A DNA stretch of 64,000 nt from Eledone cirrhosa (GCA_964016885.1 OZ024747.1:18166001-18230000); one strand, 5' to 3'; shown: positions 14,765 to 26,687, counted from the first letter of the stretch. Made by a program: numbers and translations. Notes: generated by a model not told the origin, from the sequence alone.

Positions 14765-15175
14765 TACCTATCTTCTGGCCTCTCTAGAGAATCGTAAAAG
14801 CACATATCGTTATATGCTTTTTCTATGAAAATTAGTAGTGGGCAGACTAATTTGCATAGAGTGTGAGTAAGTACCGGTTCAACGGAGACGATAAAAACAA
14901 ATAACGAAACGAAATTAAATTTTGTTTCGTTTGTAACTCACTTTTGTATGACTGACGCTTAAACAATTAAGTTAAAGATGTACATCCATATATGTATACT
15001 GAAATACTAGTATGTATATGAATACACACACGTATACATATGTAGATGTACCAAGTTTTTTCCCTGGTCACTTTACTGTGAGTGGCAAATTAGTCTGCCC
15101 ACTACTAATTTTCATAGAAAAAGCATATAACGATATGTGCTTTTACGATTCTCTAGAGAGGCCGGAAGATAGGAA

Positions 15176-15220
15176 AATATTGCTGATGAGTTGTAACAAC
15201 AACGAAACTAGTTCAATATT
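15176..15220 (+). ncRNA. Type I minimal hammerhead ribozyme (copy R1)
   Basis: AATATTG-CTGATGA-GTTGT AACA ACAAC-GAAA-CTAG-TT-CAATATT: 7-bp stem I, intact core, 5-bp stem II, palindromic stem III (ACTAGT), GUU triplet. Predicted cut after 15213. Confidence 0.85.
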
Positions 15221-15642
15221 CCTTGTCTGGCTTTTTGAAGAATAGAGGAAAGGTGTTTCCTCAAAAACCAGTATGACTCTAAAAACCGGTTTGTCTGTGT
15301 GTTTACATACAGAATAGCTGGCCACTCACAGTAAAGTGACCAGGGAAAAAACTTGGTACATCTACATATGTATACGTGTGTGTATTCATATACATACTAG
15401 TATTTCAGTATACATATATGGATGTACATCTTTAACTTAATTGTTTAAGCGTCAGTCATACAAAAGTGAGTTACAAACGAAACAAAATTTAATTTCGTTT
15501 CGTTATTTGTTTTTATCGTCTCCGTTGAACCGGTACTTACTCACACTCTATGCAAATTAGTCTGCCCACTACTAATTTTCATAGAAAAAGCATATAACGA
15601 TATGTGCTTTTACGATTCTCTAGAGAGGCCGGAAGATAGGTA

Positions 15643-15687
15643 AATATTGCTGATGAGTTGTAACAACAACGAAACTAGTTCAATATT
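15643..15687 (+). ncRNA. Type I minimal hammerhead ribozyme (copy R2)
   Basis: Same motif as R1. Predicted cut after 15680. Stem I extends past a TA bulge (AGG/CCT and beyond). Confidence 0.85.
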
Positions 15688-16109
15688 CCTTGTCTGGCTT
15701 TCTGGAGAATAGAGGAAAGGTGTTTCCTCAAAAACCAGTATGACTCTAAAAACCGGTTTGTCTGTGTGTTTACATACAGAATAGCTGGCCACTCACAGTA
15801 AAGTGACCAGGGAAAAAACTTGGTACATCTACATATGTATACGTGTGTGTATTCATATACATACTAGTATTTCAGTATACATATATGGATGTACATCTTT
15901 AACTTAATTGTTTAAGCGTCAGTCATACAAAAGTGAGTTACAAACGAAACAAAATTTAATTTCGTTTCGTTATTTGTTTTTATCGTCTCCGTTGAACCGG
16001 TACTTACTCACACTCTATGCAAATTAGTCTGCCCACTACTAATTTTCATAGAAAAAGCATATAACGATATGTGCTTTTACGATTCTCTAGAGAGGCCGGA
16101 AGATAGGTA

Positions 16110-16154
16110 AATATTGCTGATGAGTTGTAACAACAACGAAACTAGTTCAATATT
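16110..16154 (+). ncRNA. Type I minimal hammerhead ribozyme (copy R3)
   Basis: Same motif. Predicted cut after 16147. Confidence 0.85.
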
Positions 16155-16378
16155 CCTTGTCTGGCTTTCTGGAGAATAGAGGAAAGGTGTTTCCTCAAAA
16201 ACCAGTATGACTCTAAAAACCGGTTTGTCTGTGTGTTTACATACAGAATAGCTGGCCACTCACAGTAAAGTGACCAGGGAAAAAACTTGGTACATCTACA
16301 TATGTATACGTGTGTGTATTCATATACATACTAGTATTTCAGTATACATATATGGATGTACATCTTTAACTTAATTGT

Positions 16379-16409
<31 letters not shown>

Positions 16410-16913
16410 CATCATCCTCATCATTTTACATTTTCTTTTTTATAGTAACATGTGTTGAATATATGTATGCATGCATGCACAGGGACATTGAAATACTCAG
16501 TTTGATGCCTGAGCAAGTGGTTAGCCCACAAGGAGTAAGAGACCCCTAGTTCTTGTTAGGACATCATTCTAGAAGGAAAACTCTGATGTAAAGCCTGCAA
16601 GTCATTGGCAGCCAATGATATTGACCTGTTCTTCTTTATGGATAACTGTCAGCATTGTTCAGAGAGCAGGATTGGTCCAGTACAAGGCCTTTCTTCACTT
16701 AACAAAGCTTCAAGCAGAAGCATCACTTCATCTAAATGACTTTCATGAGTGTTGCGTGAGCATTGCCTTTGTTTTTTCTTTCACTACAGCATATGCAGAA
16801 AGGAAGTTAAGTCTTTAGCAGGCTAAAACATCATGTTTGTGTCACTCATGTAGGAGAAAAAGGTCAAGAGATAGCAATTCTCAAAACTGAGATGCAGCCA
16901 TTATATATATATA

Positions 16914-17098
16914 GGGGCGGTGGATTGGCAGTTTCGATAGAGGGTCGGACGCCATGCTTTCCAGCATAGTTACGTCCCTTTACGATCTGAGTTCAAATCC
17001 CGTCGAGGTTGACTTTGCCTTTCGTCCTTACAGGGTCGATAAAATAAAGTACCAGTAATGCACTGGGTAATTGCTGGCCTTGTGCCTAACGTAGAAAC

Positions 17099-17103
<5 letters not shown>
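16914..17103 (+). mobile_element. tRNA-derived SINE family A (~190 bp), full length
   Basis: A box TGGCAGT..CG and B box GAGTTCAAATCCC. Central GCCTTTCRTCCTTACRGGGTCGATAAAATAAAGTACCAG resembles the Deu/Nin-type SINE domain (from recall). Ends GTAGAAACAATTA. Confidence 0.85.
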
Positions 17104-17145
<42 letters not shown>

Positions 17146-19583
17146 TGTATGTGTGTGTATGTATATGTATGTCCTCGTTAGCAGGAAAACATGCTAAATG
17201 ATGATGATGATATATAATATGTGGTCAGGTCAGGTTTCTGCCTACTACTGGTACAATGTAATTCAGTACAATCTGCTTCAATGGCCAAGGAGTTGCCAAC
17301 TAAACTGGTTGCCCCACCAGACCCTGGTCTGTGGAATCACAGCAGCACAAAAATCAAGAGCTGTTAAAAGAGCAGATGAATTCTTCAAAGTTAACAGCCA
17401 TCCACCCCAATTGACCAAGTGTGGTGAGTACGACTACACCTCTAATATGACCAGTGGAGGTCAACTAGTATATATATATATATATATAAGATGGCTGTCA
17501 ACTTATTACCGAATATCATCATAATTTGCAGCTCTTGCTTTCCTTTTAAAGATGTAGACACCAACAATGGAGAGAGAGAGAGAGAGAATTGTCCATAATC
17601 TCTGCCCTTGAATTCTCCAAAAAAGACTTTTCAGTTGATCTCATCAACACCTAGAATTGTCCCCTGTTTTCCATCATTTGTATCTTCCACCAACTCTCTG
17701 TGGGATGTTAGTGTGGGTGTTTCATCAATTGTATTGTCCAGCTGGTGGAGTTAGGGTAAAATCGATTAAATTGACCTCAGTACTTGATTGGTACTTCATT
17801 TTATTGATCCCAGAAGTATGAAAAGGATCTCAGCAAGATTTGAACTCAGATTACCTTATTGTGATCTGTAAAGGAGGAAAAGGGAAGGGTTTAACCAATT
17901 GAACTGTTAGGATTTGTAAAGAAGGGATTATGTTTGGTCTAACTGATTCAGCAGATAAGATAATAACAACTTTTCATATCGAATTCAATGAGGGAGAACC
18001 TCAACCTTATATCACATTCTATTGTCTTAGAAAATCACACATTGGATTCTGTCACCCTAGGTATTCTATCATAATCATCATTTTACGTCTACTTCCCTTG
18101 TTGTCATGGGTTGGATATGTTGTTACAGTCCAAGAACAGATAGAGTTAAAATATGGAATGGTTATAACAGGAAAGCCTTTGATTAAATGCTTCATTATTG
18201 CTGCCATTGATTGAGACAGCAATAACTTTACATATAAGATAATACAGGATTACAGACTGAATTAAATAGATTTGCTTCATTAAAGTTGTCATGAGGTTAA
18301 ACAATAATATCTTTACAGATAAGATGATGCAGGATTACAGACCAATTTAAATCATACCAGTACCAAATAATAGATTTTTAAACAAAACGATAATGACAAT
18401 ACAATAGTCACAACCACCACCATTAATCAACAAAAATTTGAATATGAATTATTGCAACTTAGCATGGAGCTAATGAGATTGTAAATCGATCATATTTATT
18501 TATATATTTTAATTTCATAATTCTGTCATGGTTCTTAAATCTCAATAGTGAAAGAAATTGGAATAGCAAAATGTTTTTATGACCTCCATATATAGTATAC
18601 ATCCCATTTCTTACCACTGAACATTAATGAGACCCAATTGAAATAGCAGCCAAATCACCCTCAAGCTACATTCTACCATTGAGTGGTATCTTGGTCATAT
18701 CTCTTTTATTATAGTTGTGGGTTGACCCAAGCCTTGAGAGTGAAATTAAGTTGACAGAAACTGTTTGGAAGCTCATCAGATGGACTTTATCTGTAATTCA
18801 GTGTCACATTGAGTTTCTTCAAAGATTGTTAATAGTAAATGTGGCTGTGGAATACTCAGCCACTTATTCCTAAATTTCATGAACATTCTGTCCCATTGAT
18901 TGAACAACTGGAACACTCATCATTGACAGAAATTCTTTTACTATACTTATTCATTTTATTTTTCTCAGCTCACATTAATTCATGTCAGATTATATAAAAA
19001 AAATATTTCCCCTACTTTCTGATAACACAAAAATAGAAACATGTGTTATATGTTTCTAACATAAAGTTCCCAAAAATTATATACAGCAAAATTAAAAAAC
19101 ACCAAGAGCTAATCTATTAAGTAATAGATTATATGTTTATATTATTTTCTTTAAAGCTAATATTTAAAACTGAGTTTCTAATAGAAATTTGAAAAGATAT
19201 AAAATCTTGTTCACAAATTTAACTACAGAAGAAGAAAAAATGCACTTTGCTATCAACAACCTGATTGTTTTATCAAAGCTTTATCAGGAGTGATTATTCA
19301 TTCCATCAAGGAACCGCTACATGGTCGCTCAACTTGCTAGAAATAGCAGTTACAGCTCCCTCATATAAAAAATTCTACTGTCTTAGTATGGAAAGGACAC
19401 AGTTAGTGATAGAAATAATGGGGTGAATATGTAAGGGGATGAATTTTTCCTACTTTTCAGTTTCTTACTGAGGGGTGGTGGCATTATAGCGTCTACCTGC
19501 CCCTCTTCATTCTTTACCAACCTCATCGGCATTATCATGTCCCTTGTTCTTAAAACCCATTACTATCATAGGACGCACTAGAT

Positions 19584-19729
19584 CAGACACGGGCAACCTT
19601 TTTCGAGCAGTGGGCCACAGAGGATGTGACTCATCTTAAGGCAAGCCACACAACTAAAAAATTCAAGGAAATTTTGAAATTAGGTGTGCCATTCAGCAAG
19701 CGAAACAAGTTGCAGTTTGCACATGACTG
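19584..19729. mobile_element. hAT-type MITE
   Basis: CAGACACGGGCAAC...TTTGCACATGACTG termini, 8-bp TSD CACTAGAT/CATTAGAT. A related end lies at ~54082. Confidence 0.65.
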
Positions 19730-21399
19730 CATTAGATAATGTAGTCCTCATAAAAGACAGTACAGTCATGGCTGGATGACCTTAATCACAGGTCTACTGC
19801 ATCATTGCTGACCTAGAGCTAAACAACAACCTGGCTGAGTGGTCAAGAAGTTCAGGTTCAATCCCTTTGAATGGCATCTTGAACAAGAGTATTTTTCATA
19901 GGTTTACTTTAGGTCGATAATGAAATTGGGTAGACAAAAGTCTAGTCTTATCACATATTGTGCTACACTGCTTCAAGTTGGTAATTACGAAATACTCAAC
20001 CACTTACCCGTTAATACACGAGAAAGTCGTTCTGTTAATAGAATAACTAAATGCTTATTGCTGAAATCAACGGAAGTTCCATCATCCCAATAAAAAGAAA
20101 AAAGTTTCCGTTTGGTCATCCTTAAATTCTACTTACAATATCTAAAAATGACACAACGGGACTTTTAATCAAGAGGTTGAAAAATAATTTTTTCTCTGAT
20201 ATCCTTCATAGTCGAACTACCACTTTCTTTGGTAAAATTAGGAGGAGTGCATCCCACGTGAACAATGAGCCTTGTGGGATGGAGTGGTTGATGTAGCAGG
20301 TGTCGCTGGCAGTTTTTTTTCTTTTGCGGTAATGCCTTTGCCAATTTGTCTGCGAGGCGCAGCTGAGATATACCGCCAAGACTGGGGCGTAGAGGCTGCC
20401 TCCCACACCACTTCCCTTTATTTCTATATACATATATATATTTAATTATTTTTTATTATAATTATACATATAATTTAATTGAAATTTGTCGAATAAAATA
20501 TTTTATACCCATTTAACGAAAACATAAAAAAATGTTCAATTTAACAATGAAGTACTAGTAAAAAGGTAACTAAAATTTAGGGATTATTCAAAATTTTGTG
20601 GGAAAAAAGTACGATTCTGTTAAGTTACTAGGGGGAAGGGAGTTATTTAATCATCTACTGATATTCTCCTCAATGGGTTTGAGTCAAAGAAGGGACATCG
20701 ACGTACTCGCTCAACCTGCCTAGAAATAGCAGCCAAATGCGGTCGTGGGTTTTCCTACATATATGAAAAACATGGGATGGTCACGGATGGAATACCTTGA
20801 TCATAGGTCTGTTTAATCAGGATTTACTTGGGGCTAAGCAACAACGATGTCAACAGCTTGATGGATTCTGTACAGAGTACAAAGAATTCGCAGCGTTAAT
20901 TATATGTAGAGGGAGGGGAGGGACAGCTGTTGAATCAGTGTGGGGAGAGATGGATGGCATACGGCGTGAAAAACTTGTTAATAGATTCAGGGATGTGTCA
21001 TCATCAACGAGTGTGTGTATATATATCTGATTGAATCAGCGATTGTCAAATCTATTAATAAGTGATATGTGTGTATGCACACACACACACACACATATGT
21101 ATGTATATAATCATTTTATCATTAGTATATGTGAATGGAATGAAATGATAGTAAATAAATAGAAAGTTTGCTACTGTTCTTCCTGTCACGATCGCTAAAG
21201 TACTGAGATACCCTCGCCTGCCGCACACTTTTTATATACTGTGTAAGGCTTAACTGTTTTCTTGTAACAGCAGCCTGTTGACACTTATTGTTAAGTTAGT
21301 TACTCAAGAGTAGAAAATTAATCATCGTGTCCGAGGCCCTTCCGTGTGTAAGTGTTGAGTAGGAAATAAATGTATGAATTGACTAACACACAGTGTTTT

Positions 21400-22100
21400 T
21401 TAGACAAAGAGACAACGAGAGGGACAGATAGGGGGGAGTGATTGAGAGAGTCGATGAGAAATAGTCAGAGTGGGTGAAAGTAAGTAGGTGAGAGAGAATA
21501 AGCCTGAGAGGAGGAATACACAAACAAATAAATGTAAGACAAGGCTGAGAGTGAGAGGCCTATCTATGTACAGAATAAACACATACATACGTACACACAC
21601 TTATGAGATGAACTGACTAATCGGCATATACTCACACAGCTAGAAGAACATACATACATACACTTAGAGGCGGGCTGAGTGAGAAGGGCGCTTAACGGAT
21701 AAACACATTCTCGCATAACGATCACATATATACACGCTTAAAGGACGGGCTGAATGAAAGAGAAGAGTAGTTAAGAAGTAGATAGATAGATAGAAAGAGA
21801 GAAAACACAAAAGAAAGAGAGACAGGGAGGGGGAGATTTTGAGATTTTTAACAGTCGTTGTTTTTAGATTGAGTCAGTCTACGGGAGTGAGTGCTTGTTT
21901 TTTTTTTAACCCTACTTTTAATTCATTTAAGTCTTAATACTACTACTGTGAAAGGATTGCTGAACAAAAAACAACAAAAAGCTCTATTACCACTTATAAT
22001 CACATTCATATATATATAGAGAGAGAAAGAAAGGTAGATCATATATATTATATTTCTTAATCAGACTGATCATCTACTCTTAAAGATACAAACAAAAAAC
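21400..22100 (+). promoter_or_regulatory. Probable promoter / 5' UTR of the integrin alpha gene
   Basis: Immediately upstream of the ATG. Purine/GA-rich, retains CpG, has a GC-box-like GAGGCGGGC (~21667) and an AP-1-like TGAGTCA (21870-21876). The TSS cannot be determined. Confidence 0.4.
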
Positions 22101-22291
22101 ATGTGTTGCTTAAATAGCTTCTCTGCATTCCGTGGGCATATCTTCGTCATCCTATTATCATTATTATATTTATTTTCTCCACATTCTGCATTCAATATCG
22201 ATACGAAAAATGCTCGAGCTTACAGTGGCAAAAAAGGGTCTTACTTCGGATATTCGGTGGCTCTCGCAAACCTTTCAGTAACCTCTAAAAA
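22101..22291 (+). CDS. ITGA: Integrin alpha subunit, first coding exon (signal peptide and start of beta-propeller); subtype not assignable
   Basis: MCCLNSFSAFRGHIFVILLSLLYLFSPHSA is a hydrophobic signal peptide. It is followed by FNIDTKNARAYSGKKGSYFGYSVAL, matching the integrin alpha mature N-terminus (FN[LI]D...GSYFGYSV). GTAAGT donor at 22292 (phase 2, 191 coding nt). Confidence 0.9.
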
Positions 22292-22648
22292 GTAAGTAAA
22301 TACATACATATATATATGTTTATGAGTATACGTGTGTGTGTATGTAATACGTGTGAAATAACCAATGTTTTTATGTGTATATTATTTGATTTTCATCCAT
22401 AATTCGACATTGAATTAGCTTTCCACATATCATCTTATTGTGACAACTTTTATTCTAGCATCTATTATTTCACTTTACTTTTCGTCGCATCGTCATTTGG
22501 TGGTGGTAGTTTGTATTGTGTATGAAATCACAACTGTATCTTATTTGTAAAGTGATAGACAATTACATTATACACATACACACACATATATATATACACA
22601 CATATGCACACATACATACACATATATACTCACACATATATATATATG

Positions 22649-22684
<36 letters not shown>

Positions 22685-22828
22685 ACCAAAGATTAATATG
22701 GTTCTTTGATTACTCAATGAATATAGTTTTACAATAGATTAAAAGCACTCTACAAAGAAGTTTTCTGGAGTTATTAATATTATTCAAAATATTAATAAAT
22801 GAAGACATTCACATAATCAAAATATATG

Positions 22829-22891
22829 TTTTATTATATATATTTCGATGGTACTGTACTGTTTTTTTCAGTACGGCCTCGTCAGATAAAA
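22829..22891 (-). ncRNA. Mirror hammerhead-like motif in the left arm of the 349-bp palindrome
   Basis: Minus strand TTTTAT-CTGACGA-GGCCGTACTG...CAGTACCATC-GAAA-TATATATA-ATAAAA. The base of stem II is weaker (2x2 mismatch). Confidence 0.55.
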
Positions 22892-23010
22892 TACATGAAT
22901 TGATGTATGACATACCTCAACGGTCTTGATGGTTCAATTCCATTATTGACTGCCAATACTGAAATTGAACCATCAAGACCGTTGAGGTATGTCATACATC
23001 AATTCATGTA

Positions 23011-23073
23011 TTTTATCTGACGAGGACGTACTAAAAAGAACAGTACAGTACCTTCGAAATATATATAATAAAA
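23011..23073 (+). ncRNA. Type I hammerhead-like motif (second family) in integrin intron 1, sense strand
   Basis: TTTTAT-CTGACGA-GGA C GTACT...AGTAC C TTC-GAAA-TATATA-TA-ATAAAA: 6-bp stem I (plus ATG/CAT after a TA bulge), intact core, stem II with one CxC mismatch, palindromic stem III, AUA triplet. Predicted cut after 23067. Confidence 0.65.
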
Positions 23074-23117
23074 CATATATTTTGATTATGTGAATGTCTT
23101 CATTTATTAATATTTTG

Positions 23118-23174
<57 letters not shown>

Positions 23175-24662
23175 GTGTGTGTGTACATACATACTTTTAT
23201 GTGTGTGCTTAAAATTTCTTTCATATTTTCTTTCTTGCCTGTGTTATAGAATCTGTACCGGTCACTTGCTCTGTGACAAGATTGTCTTGTTGAGCAGACC
23301 TTTGATCTAAAGTGTCACACCCATGACCACTTCATTTCAATTTTAGGTATTGTGTTTGACTAAGGATGAAAGGCAAATCCTGCGGAGGTTAGCTTTGCCT
23401 TTCATCCCTTACGGGGTCGATAAATAAAGCACCAGTAATGAACTGTGGTTGATTTAATCGATTTTCCCTTGCCTCCAAATTTCTGGCCTTGTGCATAAAG
23501 TAGAAATTATTTGTGTCCCCTCTTAAAAGACAGCAGATTTCGCTGCTATTTCTAGCAGGCCAAGCGATCAAGTAGCGCTTTCCTCTTTGTCTGTGTGTTT
23601 GTTTCTCATAGTATTTTAAATTGGAACTTTTCTAAAAATTAAAAAAAAATATAGTCAATACATATATCTAATTAGAATCAATATTTGGTTTTGTATTTTT
23701 GGTTTCTGTCATTCTGAAATAATTGTTTCTACTTTTGGCACAAGGCCAGCAAATACCCAGTGCATTACTGGTAGAAATAATGATGTTGTTTCATCCCAAG
23801 TCGTGACGCTCCAGTCGTGCCCATCCTGTCTTTTTGTATATTTGGGACTACATTATCCAATAAGTCCTTCCTTTTCTAAAATGGTAAGGTGGAATTTAAG
23901 AAAGATTTGGTTATATCTACTCCAGTATATGACTGGTATTTTATATCGATTCGCGACAGTTTCAATCAATTCAGAATGTAACCGGACAAAACTAAATGTT
24001 TAGATCTATTCGGCAATTTAACGTATCTCTACATACCGTCCTATACGTAGTTCATATCTCGCGGAGCTCAGCTTTGCTTTCCATCCTTCCGGAATCGATA
24101 AAATACGGTACCATTCGATTTAATATGAATAGAATTATATAACATTCTACTGTCACCGTTCTCACTAAAATGTTGATAGCGTAGATTGAAGAAGTTAAAA
24201 AAATTATAGAGACTGTGAATAAAACTGTTGTGACATTCATGCCTTTACCATAGTGTATTAGTAGCGAAAGCGACGTGAATCTGTTTAAAATGGAAATCGA
24301 AATGAAGTTGTCGACCCAGTTCTTCCGGAGCCCTTTCTTTCAGATAAAAAAAAATCTCATCGAAGCATTCGTTTCATTTGATTAAGCTCTCTGTTTAACA
24401 CAAGTCGACACCTCTCACTCGCAATGTCTTCCCATTCTTTGGAGTGACACAAACGAAACCGACACTGCGACAGTACTTATTTTTTCTTATATTAGGAACA
24501 TGGGATGTTGTGATCAGGCCAGATCAGAGAGGTGAGAAGCAGGTGGGCCACTTGACATGGACTTATGATTTTGAGGAGTCCTATATGCCCCATGTACACA
24601 ATATTGTGTACAAGTAACAGAACAGATAGAAGAACTAGAATATATACATATATATATATATA

Positions 24663-24728
24663 TAAAAATACGTATTTAAGAAAGCCACAACAATGCATTG
24701 TTGTGGCTTTCTTAAATACGTATTTTTA
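24663..24728. repeat. 66-bp perfect palindrome with no spacer
   Basis: TAAAAATACGTATTTAAGAAAGCCACAACAATG|CATTGTTGTGGCTTTCTTAAATACGTATTTTTA. Confidence 0.95.
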
Positions 24729-24803
24729 CACATTTCACAATGCTTCAAGCAAACTTTAACACCCTCTTATATATATATATATATACGCGCGCGCGCGTGT
24801 GTT

Positions 24804-24850
<47 letters not shown>

Positions 24851-26500
24851 TTGTGTGTGTGTGCACATGTATATACCGGTAATCATATATATGCACCATT
24901 GATTGCTAAGATACTTAATGAGCTGTTTGAAATGGGATCTACATTTCACATCTGGCTTGGGCCTATTACTAAGTAAGATGTGGGTGGGCTGGGGTAGATT
25001 TTACATCTGTACTGAGCCTTTTACCAGCTTTTCACATGCCTGGTTGTGATTTTTTTACTATCTACAAGGACACCGACGGCTTAAGTCACGTGAAGCAGCT
25101 CTAATTCGGAATCGAAACCACGTAACTCATACTTTATATGCTATTGAAGGAACCTGTATGTTGGTGTGCAACATGTTAGAAGTAGTAACCAAATCATACG
25201 TAATTGTCTTTACAAAAAGATATTGGATAATGTAGTCCTGATTACACTGTCGGGGGGGGGGGGGGGGACACTGCTGGGATGTTTTTGACCATACACATCT
25301 GTTCGATCAGGAACAACTCGAGGTTAATCAACAACAATTCTTCTTTTACGAGTCTGTTAGCAATGGCAGCTAAATATCCCTCAAACCAAGCTCCTGTCGC
25401 CGTTACAAAAATAAAGGACACGGCTTCATTTCAATCTTCATTTTAAACAATTCATTTCTAATATATGGTTATAGCTGGAATGTCTTTGATCATAGATCTA
25501 CTTGATCAGGGCTGACCTTGGGCTCATCAACTGCCAGATATATTTTACAGATTTATAGGGGCGCGAGAAATGAAAATGTGTGACGTTCGCATATTTCTTT
25601 TCTCGTAAATGAAATGAATGGCTTCTATCTAGAACCGAATCAGACTAGAATGTTTATTCTTCGTTCATGCATATCTTTCAAAGTGAGTTGGTTGACCAAA
25701 TCCGGAGAGCAACGGGTTCCTATGATCAAATGCATTCCACTGCAACCATTCCATCTTTTTCCTATGTGGGAGGCAGCTAGAACTATATTATCCAATGTAT
25801 CCTTTACTAAGACGGTGGAGTTGTGATATGGAGATTTGGCTGCTATTTTTAGCCAGTCAGGAGACCATGTAGATGCTCTTTCGTTGGTTCGTTATTGTCT
25901 TAGCTGTGAGTTAGTTATAGGCGAGAATTGGCAGTATTTGTTCCGGCTCTCTGTGCTCTTTGACTGCAACCCCTGCCGAGGTCAACTTTGTCTTTCATAC
26001 TTTCGAAGACGATAAAAAAACGTATCAGTCCAGTACTGAGGTTGATTATTTCTCTGCATCTCTTTTTCACTTCCCCTTTCTGGAAGAAATCGGCCGTGTT
26101 AAGACCTGGTGAGGGTATGGCTCCACCAGTTTTTAAGTGCCCATGACACGCTGTTTGTCACGACGGCGCCCCTACGACTCCATCATGAGTTATGGGACCA
26201 TACATACATACAGACAGTGGTGAGTTGTAGGTGGCATTATATTTATTTATTTATTTTTACATAACAGGTTTCCATTTTAGCTTGTAGGCGTTCCCCCTCG
26301 CTTATCTCACTGGTATTCTTAGAAAGAAAGAAAAAGACACACAAAAAATGAGCGCCAGTACATTGTTTGTACATCTCCCCCTCTAAAATCTGATTAAACA
26401 TAAGGCCAATCTCTGAGGCTTGGGGATGAGATAAGTTAATCGACACCATTTCGTTAGTGAGAATTCTTCTCAGAACAGTGAAGTGCCTAGCATTTAACAA

Positions 26501-26687
26501 ATAATTGTTTCTAAATTTGGCACAAGGCCAGCAATTACTCAGTACATTACTGGTACTTTATTTTATCGACCCCGTAAGGATGAAAGGCAAAGTTAACCTC
26601 GGCGGGATTAGAACTCAGAATGGCAAGGGCCGTAACTCAATGCGTCAAAGCATGGTGTCCGATCTCTACCGATACTGCCAATCCACC
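26501..26687 (-). mobile_element. SINE family A
   Basis: Match to consensus, flanking CAAATAAT duplication. Confidence 0.85.

Larger units (their letters stand above)
13496..16379. mobile_element. Head-to-head array of 467-bp hammerhead-containing repeats (candidate non-LTR retrozyme / non-autonomous Penelope-like element)
   Basis: Period 467 (same short ORF at 13681/14148/14615, and inverted at 15325/15792/16259). Left arm 13496-15086, right arm 15085-16379, junction on a GC microhomology. Both outer ends abut (TA)n. Six hammerhead motifs at 467-bp spacing within each arm. Confidence 0.8.
22777..23125. repeat. 349-bp near-perfect palindrome (inverted duplication)
   Basis: Arms of ~170 bp are reverse complements with few mismatches around a 5-nt centre (ACTGC). 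Followed by (TA)n. Confidence 0.95.

Noticed and set aside
13496-15086. Second ribozyme on the opposite polarity of the monomer (ambisense viroid-like RNA)
   Set aside because: Only CTGACGC plus a hairpin was found, with no GAAA box or cleavage triplet.
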